Below, one piece after another: positions 9,553 to 16,358 of a DNA stretch of 20,278 bases. The notes below the pieces were generated by a model, which was not told where the DNA came from, did not search any database, and saw only the letters and a list, made by a program, of their open reading frames with translations. Location of the stretch: assembly GCA_031409335.1 (NCBI GenBank), contig JANNWY010000023.1:1-20278 (forward strand), read 5' to 3'. The position numbers and the translations under genes were made by a program. Numbering within the stretch: position 1 is the first letter of the stretch; every line of letters begins with the position of its first letter. The stretch comes from Chthoniobacteraceae bacterium. Lineage in GTDB: Bacteria; Verrucomicrobiota; Verrucomicrobiia; Chthoniobacterales; Chthoniobacteraceae.

Positions 9553-10494
9553 GTGAAAAAAATCGTCTCGCTCGTCATCAGCCTCGGGCTGCTGGCGATC
9601 CTTTATTGGCAGATCGACTTCGCGCGGCTGCTCCCCGTTTTCGCGGGATGCGATCCGCTGTGGATGACGCTGAGCCTCGCGATGGTCGTGCCGCTCACGC
9701 TTTTTACAGCATGGCGATTGCAGCAGCTCATGCCGGCCCGCGGGCAGATGAGTTTTGGCGAAGCGAACCGGCTCATCCTCGTCGCGAGCGTGCTGAATCT
9801 CGTGCTGCCCTCGAAGATGGGGGACATCGCCAAAGCGTGGTTCATGCGTGACCGCGGGCATTTGGATGGCTCGCTCGCGCTGTCGCTCGTGGTGTTTGAG
9901 AAAGCGTGCGACATGCTTTCGCTGCTGCTGTGGTGCGCATTCGGGCTCGCGCTCTATCCGCGGAAGGACGCGCTGTTCTGGGTGATGACGGCGGCGGTCG
10001 CGGCGATGTTCATCTTGGGATCGCTGGTGCTCATTTCGGAGAAATGCGCGCAGTGGTTCTTCGCGTTGGCGGCACGGTTTGCGCCGGGAAAGGCGCGAGC
10101 GAAGTTTGAAAAACTCGCCGCTTCGTGGAGCGAGATGCACGGCTACTTTTGGGGAAGTCGCGCGCGGCTTTGGAAGGTCGTGAGCACTTCGGTTTTCATC
10201 TGGTTTCTCCACTTGCTGCAAATCTGGATGTTCATCCTCGCGCTTCGCGCCAGCGCACCGTTCGTGGCCAGCCTCGCGCTTTCACCGCTCGCGATTTTGG
10301 CGGGATTGTTCCCGCTGACATTCGCCGGCGTCGGCACGCGCGATGCAGCGCTCGTGTTTTTCTACGCGCCTTATTTCAGCGCCCCCACCGCCGCCGCCCT
10401 TGGCCTGCTCTGTACCGCGCGCTACGTCATGCCCGCGCTCGGCGGGCTGCCTTTCGCCGGGCCGTATTTCAATTCGGCGCGGGCGGAAAAGTGA
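9553..10494 (+). CDS. Lysylphosphatidylglycerol synthase TM-region / flippase-like (UPF0104) membrane protein
   Basis: 313 aa, multi-pass hydrophobic; motifs AWRLQQL, NLVLPSKMGDIAK, SLVVFEKACD, FPLTFAGVGTRDAA. GTG start. Confidence 0.85.
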   Translation: MKKIVSLVISLGLLAILYWQIDFARLLPVFAGCDPLWMTLSLAMVVPLTLFTAWRLQQLMPARGQMSFGEANRLILVASVLNLVLPSKMGDIAKAWFMRDRGHLDGSLALSLVVFEKACDMLSLLLWCAFGLALYPRKDALFWVMTAAVAAMFILGSLVLISEKCAQWFFALAARFAPGKARAKFEKLAASWSEMHGYFWGSRARLWKVVSTSVFIWFLHLLQIWMFILALRASAPFVASLALSPLAILAGLFPLTFAGVGTRDAALVFFYAPYFSAPTAAALGLLCTARYVMPALGGLPFAGPYFNSARAEK

Positions 10495-10514
10495 CGCTGG
10501 CTTTCCAGGCTGTG
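10491..10514 (+). repeat. Solitary degenerate REP copy (left boundary of cassette)
   Basis: gtgacgctggctttccaggctgtg versus consensus gtgacacaggctttccagcctgtg. Its GTGA supplies the TGA stop of the upstream gene. Confidence 0.75.
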
Positions 10515-10564
10515 ATCCAAAATACGCCTTCACACCCTGCGACATTTTCGCAAACCTCCGCCGC

Positions 10565-11737
10565 ATGAAGATGTTCCCCTCGGTTGTCGCCCTCCTTGTT
10601 GCCTCGACGCTCGCGTACGCCGCCGCACCCGTCGTCTCGAATATCCGCGCCGCGCAGCGGGCGGGGACGAAGCTGGTGGATATTTACTACGATGTCGCGG
10701 ATGCCGAGGGCGACGCGCTCACGGTCGAGATTCAGGTCTCGAATGACAACGGCGCCACCTACGCCGTGCCCGCGTTCAGCTTCAGCGGGGCGGTGGGCGG
10801 CGGCGTCACGCCAGGCGCGAATCGGGCGGCGGTGTGGAATGCGGGCTTCGATTGGGACGGCCAGTATTCCGCGCAGACGCGCGTGAAAGTCACCGCCCAC
10901 GACGGCCTCGCCCCGCCCGCCGGCATGGTCTATGTGCCGCTGGGGACTTTTTCGATGGGCGGAACACAGTATGCGAACGAGCAGCCGATCCACAACGTCA
11001 CTACCGACGCCTTTTTCACGGATCGTTTTGAAGTGACCTCGGCTTTGTATGCAAACGTGCGAACATGGGCTGCGTCGAACGGCTACAGCATGGGTAGCGG
11101 GACCGCGGCTGGGCAGAGCCATCCGATTGTGGGCATCTCGTGGTACGACGCGGTGAAATGGTGCAACGCCCGTTCACGAAAGGAAAATCTCACGCCCGTT
11201 TATTACACCGACACTGCGCAGACGAATGAATACAAGACCGGCACTCCGGGCATCACCAATGCCATGGTGAAATGGAACGCCAACGGCTATCGCCTCCCAA
11301 CGGAGGGCGAGTGGGAAAAAGCTGCGCGTGGTGGAAGCAATCAACTCAATTATCCGTGGGGCAACTCTGCGTCCAACTTTCAAGCTAACGCCCTTGGCAG
11401 CGGCGATCCGTTTGAAGGTAGCAATCTAGCGACAACTCCGGTGGGTTATTACAATGGTTCCCAGACTCCCACCGGCCCGGACATGGCAAATAGTTACGGG
11501 CTTTACGATATGGCCGGAAACGCCTGGGAATGGTGTTGGGATTGGTATGACGTATCGTACTACAGCGATCCAAATGCGGGATCGAACCCACAAGGTCCGA
11601 CAACAAGTAATAGCCGCGTTGTCCGGGGCGGCTCGTGGAACCAAAACTCCAGCTACCTGCGTTGCGCTTTTCGTAACTATGGCGGGCCATCAAACTCCGA
11701 CAACGCCATTGGCTTCCGGTGTGTTCGTGGCCTTTAG
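10565..11737 (+). CDS. Secreted formylglycine-generating enzyme family (FGE-sulfatase/SUMF1, C-type-lectin fold) protein with N-terminal Ig-like domain
   Basis: Signal peptide; GMVYVPLGTFSMG, FEVT, ISWYDAVKWCN, GYRLPTEGEWEKAARGG, YPWG, NSYGLYDMAGNAWEWCWDWY, RVVRGGSW, GFRCVR. It lacks the catalytic Cys pair of true FGE. The start could be 10565 or 10571. Confidence 0.92.
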   Translation: MKMFPSVVALLVASTLAYAAAPVVSNIRAAQRAGTKLVDIYYDVADAEGDALTVEIQVSNDNGATYAVPAFSFSGAVGGGVTPGANRAAVWNAGFDWDGQYSAQTRVKVTAHDGLAPPAGMVYVPLGTFSMGGTQYANEQPIHNVTTDAFFTDRFEVTSALYANVRTWAASNGYSMGSGTAAGQSHPIVGISWYDAVKWCNARSRKENLTPVYYTDTAQTNEYKTGTPGITNAMVKWNANGYRLPTEGEWEKAARGGSNQLNYPWGNSASNFQANALGSGDPFEGSNLATTPVGYYNGSQTPTGPDMANSYGLYDMAGNAWEWCWDWYDVSYYSDPNAGSNPQGPTTSNSRVVRGGSWNQNSSYLRCAFRNYGGPSNSDNAIGFRCVRGL

Positions 11738-11800
11738 TTTTTTTGCTGCCGACCCTCTTCCTCTTTGCCAGAAGCCGTGCGACGCGCCCGCAAACCGAAT

Positions 11801-12025
11801 GTGACACGGCCTTTCCAGGCCGTGATCCCCACGCCGCCGAAGGCGCACTTCTCCGCGGGATCGCGCGTCCGAAGAAAAAGAGTGCGCCTTCGGCGGTGGG
11901 CTTTGGACCACGGGCTGGAAAGCCCGTGTCACATTCACGGCTTGGAAAAGCCGTGGCACCTTCACAGGCTGCCGTTTCGACAGGCTCAAGGCCCCGAGCC
12001 TGTCGAGGGGGAAAGCCTGTGTCAC
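11801..12025. repeat. REPIN/BIME-like cluster of four REPs upstream of the RAYT
   Basis: REPs at 11801-11824(+), 11909-11932(-), 11936-11959(-) and 11963-12025(-, split by a 39-nt insert). Inner 16-bp perfect inverted repeat ccgccgaaggcgcact (11834-11849) / agtgcgccttcggcgg (11881-11896). Confidence 0.9.
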
Positions 12026-12057
12026 CTTGCGGAAGGCCCGGGCCACACTTTTCGTTT

Positions 12058-12969
12058 ATGAAGCCGCTCGATAAATCGGCGCACATCGCGAAGCGGCGGC
12101 GGAATCTGCCGCATTGGGAGCAGGCGGGCTGCACTTACTTCATCACCTGGCGGCTCGCGGATTCGCTGCCGGGGTCGCAACTCGCGGCATGGCGCGAGGA
12201 GCGCGCACGCTGGCTGGCGCTGAATCCGCCGCCGTGGACGCCGCGTGTGCTGGCGGATTACCAGCGCGAATTCATCGACCGCATCGAGCACTGGCTGGAT
12301 GCGGGCCACGGCGCGTGCATCCTGCGCCGCCCGGAGGTGCGCGCTGTCCTCGCCAAGGCGCTGCATTTTTTCGACGGGGAGCGGTATGAACTCGAAGGGG
12401 CGGTCATCATGCCGAATCACGTCCACGTCCTCGTGACGCCGAAATGTGACACAGCCTTTCCAGGCTGTGATCCGCAATGTGGCTCGGGCTTTCCAGCCCG
12501 TGATCCCCACGCCGCCGCTGCCGGCGCACTTCCCCCATCGGCGGACGGGGAAGGTCCCGGAACACAGGCTGGAAAGCCTGTGTCACATTTAGCGCATTCG
12601 CTTTCGGGGATTTTGCAGTCTTGGAAGGGATTTAGCGCGAGGGAGATCAATCGGCTACTCGGTCGGAAGGGGCCGCTGTGGATGGATGAGAATTTCGATC
12701 ACACCGTCCGCAGCAGCGAGCAACTCGCGCATTTCCAGCGATACCTCGCGGCGAATCCGGTAAAGGCGCGGCTGCGGGAGGAGGAATACTATCTGTGGCA
12801 GCAGAGTGACACAGGCTTTCCAGCCTGTGAGCCCCAACCCGCCGAAGGCGCACTTCTCTACCCCGAAGCAGAAGATCAAATCAGCACAGCCCTGGCAGGC
12901 TGTGAGCCGGGTGGACCGCGGGCTGGAAAGCCCGTGTCACATTCCCGCGCCAACCCTTTCCCGGCATGA
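12058..12969 (+). CDS. REP-associated tyrosine transposase (RAYT / TnpA-REP, HUH Y1 family)
   Basis: RRNLPHW, TYFITWRLADSLP, LDAGHGACIL, HUH motif IMPNHVH, ILQSWKGFSAREIN, LWMDENFDHTVRS, catalytic RYLAANPVKA (Tyr at 12742-12744). It is surrounded by REPs, and the frame is open upstream to 11719. Confidence 0.92.
   Translation: MKPLDKSAHIAKRRRNLPHWEQAGCTYFITWRLADSLPGSQLAAWREERARWLALNPPPWTPRVLADYQREFIDRIEHWLDAGHGACILRRPEVRAVLAKALHFFDGERYELEGAVIMPNHVHVLVTPKCDTAFPGCDPQCGSGFPARDPHAAAAGALPPSADGEGPGTQAGKPVSHLAHSLSGILQSWKGFSAREINRLLGRKGPLWMDENFDHTVRSSEQLAHFQRYLAANPVKARLREEEYYLWQQSDTGFPACEPQPAEGALLYPEAEDQISTALAGCEPGGPRAGKPVSHSRANPFPA
12442..12590. repeat. Intragenic in-frame REPIN (three REPs) inside the RAYT
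   Basis: REPs at 12446-12469(+), 12479-12502(+) and 12563-12586(-). The ends aaatgtgaca / tgtcacattt are perfectly inverted. Confidence 0.9.
12806..12940. repeat. REPIN forming the 3' end of the RAYT ORF
   Basis: Consensus REP 12806-12829(+), spacer motif ccgccgaaggcgcacttctc, degenerate hairpin cacagccctggcaggctgtg (12885-12904), and REP 12917-12940(-). Confidence 0.9.
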
Positions 12970-15900
12970 TGCGACGGCTGGCAATCCTGCTATCGATCCT
13001 GTGGGTGCTGACGCGCGTCGGCACCGCCGCGAATTTCGATGAATCGCCCGCTTTCGAGTTGAACACGCTGACGCCCGGCGGCACAGGCACGGCGGTTTCG
13101 CTCCCATTCGTGCTCAATACGCTGACGCCGGGTGCAACGAGCGTGGCGGTCTCGGGCAGCTTCACGGTGAACACGCGAGGGCCGACGGGGCTGAGTGGGA
13201 GCCGGGTTTCGGGCGGGTTTGTGGTGGATACGCGGAATACGACTACGACCTTGCTGACGGTGAATGCTCCACCGGGCATCAGCGGCGGAGCGGCGATCGT
13301 GCTGAGTGCGACTGCGACATTTTCCAGCGGGCCGCCAGAGGACGTGAGCGATCGTGCGACGTTTAGCGTCACGGGCGGACCCGCCAACACGCGGATGATC
13401 GGACGAACCCTCCGCACCGGTTACAGCGCGACTCCGGTGACGGCGATATTGCGCGCGAGTTATTGGCGCAATACCCAGCAGATTGCCTCCCAGCCGCGCA
13501 CGATCGTGATCGGCCCGGCCCTGAACGTCACCCTGAGCGCGCAACCACCGGTCGGAGTCGGGAGTGGCGGCACCGCATCGTGGACGCTCAACGCCACGGC
13601 AGCGGCGATCGGAGGCGTGCCACCTTTCAGCAATGTGCAGTGGCGCTGGCGTGGAAACAATTTGAACTCAACGAGTCTTCACCTTGTTGAGTCCGTGGGC
13701 GGCCCGCTTGGAGCCGGGCAACTGGATGTGACTGTCACTGATGCGAACGGCAAAATCGGGAGTGCCTTCACCATCCTTTCGCTGAACAAGGCACCGGTGA
13801 TGAGCCAGCCGCTCCAGACCACTACGACTTTGAAAAATGAGCCCGGCACGCTTTACCATAGTGACGGAGTGACGGGAGTGAATCTGCGGACTGAGCGGAA
13901 GAATGCCGGACTGCTGGTGATCGCGCATGGTCTGATCGACAGGGTCGAATTGCCGAATGCCGGCAATCCCTGCGGTGGCTGGATGGTGCGAATGGCGCAG
14001 GCCATCGAAACGAAGCTAACCGTTAGCGCGGATGGCCCGCCAAATGTGCTGCTCTTCGACTGGAACGAAAGCGCGGACCCTTCCAAATACCTCGGGACAA
14101 ATGCGCGAAACCAAGCGGCCAAAGACTTGCTTGCTGAACTTGGCGAGCGACGGAATCAGCTCGCCGGTCCAATTTTTGCGCCTGTAGTCTACGATGCACT
14201 GAGTCCAGTACAACAGAAACTCACGGATATTCGTTCCATCCGGGAAATAGCGGAAAGACAAGGAGCGGCTCTTGCCAAATGGATCGAGACACAAATCTCC
14301 CTTGGCAAGATTTCCGTCGATGAAGAAATTCATTTGGTTGGTCACAGCGCGGGCGGGTTTGTCGTCGCGACCTGCGCCGGGAGACTGCTGGCGAAGCGCC
14401 CCGCGATTTCGAAGCTGCTGGTGACGACCCTCGACACACCGCTGTTTCGGAAGGTGCATATCGAAGGCGTTAAAGATCACGGTGCCCGGATTGAGCGGTA
14501 CAATTCCTCGTGGATCGGCAATACAAATCCGGCCCTGGCGACGATCCCGGATCGGCGGACCTTTTATCCCACGCTGCTTTTTTCCTCCTCCCCAGCGAAT
14601 TTCCCGCGATTTTTGAATTCCGAGCCAATCGTCATTCCCGACGCCGGTTACCGCGTTGGTGAGGCAACATCGACGGGCACCTGTCCAGACAGTGATGCCT
14701 TCGCGATGCACAGCGAGGCGCATGAGTGGTATATCGAATCGGTTTTGAAGGCCGGAGAGTGGCGTGACGGGTTCTATTTTTCACCGTTCCTCGGCAACAC
14801 TTGGAGCGGGAGCGGCGGCGTTGCTGCCGCGCAGGTGCGCTTTCCGCAGGCGGTCGCTGGAATGCTACAACCTCCGCCGCCAGATCAACCGCTCAACGGA
14901 TTCCAGACGTTTGGGCAGGTCGCGGAGAATACGGGCGAATACACGCTCACGGAACTGGACGATGCGGGCATCTTTCAAACGCTGACCGTTCCGATTGGTG
15001 CAACTGACCTGAAATTTCGCGTGCGGTTCGATCAGATCGGCGATGGAGATTTTCTCGAGGTGAGTTTTGGCGACCATGCGCCACTGAGAGTGATCGACGG
15101 ACTCGCCACGAACGCGGGGCAATGGGTCGAGTATGAAGTCCCGACGCCAGCGATCGCTGGTGAAACCGGCACACTCGTTTTCAGACTTTCAAGCAGGGGC
15201 ACAAGCGATGCCGTGGTGCGCCTGGACAATCTCGCGTTTGTGATGTCGGACGACCCCGATGGAGACGGGCTATCCAATTCCGCAGAAGCTCTGCTTGGTG
15301 CAGACCCGTTGGTCTTTGACTCCGATGGCGATGGATTGAGCGATGGGTTTGAAGCCCAAGATTCTCACACCAACGCGCTGATTTTCGACACCGACGGCGA
15401 TGGCGTGGACGACTACTTGGAGGTATTGGCTGGGACGAATTCGGGGAGTGGGAATTCGGTGTTTTCGATTAAGTCGATCGCGCCTGCGGCTGGCGGTGGT
15501 GTGGCACTTTCCTGGACGGGCCGGAGCGGGAGCACGTATCGCGTGCTGCGCTCGGCGACGCCGGATTTTGCGAGCTTCGATGTGATCGCGGCTGCCGTGC
15601 CGGGAGTCGCGCCGCTGACGAGCTACACGGATGCGACGGTGGATTCGCAGCAGTTGGCGGGGATGTTTTACCGGGTCGAAGTCGCGGAGGCTCCGGCTTA
15701 TGCGGCGAACATGAACGGGGACTCGGATGGCGATGGTATCCCGGATGGATGGGAACTGGATCGCGGGTTTAATGCGGATTTTGCGGCGGATGCTTGGCTC
15801 GATACGGACGGCGATGGGAGCAGCACGCTGCTCGAATTCGCGCTCGGGACCGATCCGCGTGCGAACTCGCGCGATGGGATCGGGATCTACACGGACGAGG

Positions 15901-16109
15901 ACGGCTACCTCACGCTCACGACAAGTCGCAATCCTGCGGCGACGGGTTTGCAGCTTCGCATCGCGGTTTCCGTCGATCTGGCGACGTGGTATTCCGACGC
16001 CGCGCATGTGACGATCCTCGCGAATACGCCCACGCTGCTCAAAGCGCGTGACAACATTCCACTCGGAAGTGCCGAGCGTCGGTTCATCAGACTCGAGGTT
16101 AACAAGTAG
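12966..16109 (+). CDS. Large secreted alpha/beta-hydrolase (lipase-like) protein with DxDGDG calcium-binding repeats and Verrucomicrobia-type C-terminal domains
   Basis: 1047 aa. Signal peptide; LLVIAHGL, NVLLFDW, nucleophile elbow IHLVGHSAGG (GHSAG at 14340-14354), VTTLDTP, candidate catalytic His in HSEAHEWY; several DxDGDG repeats; C-terminal FYRVEV and FIRLEV modules. Confidence 0.85.
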   Translation: MMRRLAILLSILWVLTRVGTAANFDESPAFELNTLTPGGTGTAVSLPFVLNTLTPGATSVAVSGSFTVNTRGPTGLSGSRVSGGFVVDTRNTTTTLLTVNAPPGISGGAAIVLSATATFSSGPPEDVSDRATFSVTGGPANTRMIGRTLRTGYSATPVTAILRASYWRNTQQIASQPRTIVIGPALNVTLSAQPPVGVGSGGTASWTLNATAAAIGGVPPFSNVQWRWRGNNLNSTSLHLVESVGGPLGAGQLDVTVTDANGKIGSAFTILSLNKAPVMSQPLQTTTTLKNEPGTLYHSDGVTGVNLRTERKNAGLLVIAHGLIDRVELPNAGNPCGGWMVRMAQAIETKLTVSADGPPNVLLFDWNESADPSKYLGTNARNQAAKDLLAELGERRNQLAGPIFAPVVYDALSPVQQKLTDIRSIREIAERQGAALAKWIETQISLGKISVDEEIHLVGHSAGGFVVATCAGRLLAKRPAISKLLVTTLDTPLFRKVHIEGVKDHGARIERYNSSWIGNTNPALATIPDRRTFYPTLLFSSSPANFPRFLNSEPIVIPDAGYRVGEATSTGTCPDSDAFAMHSEAHEWYIESVLKAGEWRDGFYFSPFLGNTWSGSGGVAAAQVRFPQAVAGMLQPPPPDQPLNGFQTFGQVAENTGEYTLTELDDAGIFQTLTVPIGATDLKFRVRFDQIGDGDFLEVSFGDHAPLRVIDGLATNAGQWVEYEVPTPAIAGETGTLVFRLSSRGTSDAVVRLDNLAFVMSDDPDGDGLSNSAEALLGADPLVFDSDGDGLSDGFEAQDSHTNALIFDTDGDGVDDYLEVLAGTNSGSGNSVFSIKSIAPAAGGGVALSWTGRSGSTYRVLRSATPDFASFDVIAAAVPGVAPLTSYTDATVDSQQLAGMFYRVEVAEAPAYAANMNGDSDGDGIPDGWELDRGFNADFAADAWLDTDGDGSSTLLEFALGTDPRANSRDGIGIYTDEDGYLTLTTSRNPAATGLQLRIAVSVDLATWYSDAAHVTILANTPTLLKARDNIPLGSAERRFIRLEVNK

Positions 16110-16152
16110 CTGCGGCAATGATAAGGAGCGTTTCAGGCTGTTTGGCTGGCGG

Positions 16153-16176
16153 CACAAGCTGGAAAGCCTGTGTCAC
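16153..16176 (-). repeat. Solitary REP copy (right boundary of cassette)
   Basis: cacaagctggaaagcctgtgtcac is the reverse complement of the consensus with 1 change. Confidence 0.88.
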
Positions 16177-16322
16177 GTTTCGGCTGCGGCGAACGAAATC
16201 ACGAGTAACCGTTCGGTGTGTGCCGCGGGTGAAAAGTTCCGCACCTTCGCGCTTGAAGCGTGCGCGGGGCTCGCGGAATCTCTGCGGCTTTCGTGCGCGG
16301 AGTTGTCCGCGTTGCCGGGTCC

Positions 16323-16357
16323 AATCCACAATCATCAATCTGAAATCTGAAATCACT
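16323..16357 (+). repeat. Heptamer tandem repeat (AATCnnn x5)
   Basis: aatccac aatcatc aatctga aatctga aatcact, directly before the citrate synthase ATG. Confidence 0.6.
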
Positions 16358-16358
16358 T

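Noticed and set aside
11801..12940. CRISPR array
   Set aside because: The repeats occur in both orientations with irregular, mutually related spacers, no cas genes are present, and a RAYT explains them.
12058..12969. Classical IS200/IS605 element with TnpB
   Set aside because: No tnpB is present, and the motifs and multiple flanking REPs fit a RAYT.
10565..16109. Complete diversity-generating retroelement
   Set aside because: I found no template repeat, reverse transcriptase or avd-like gene in the window.
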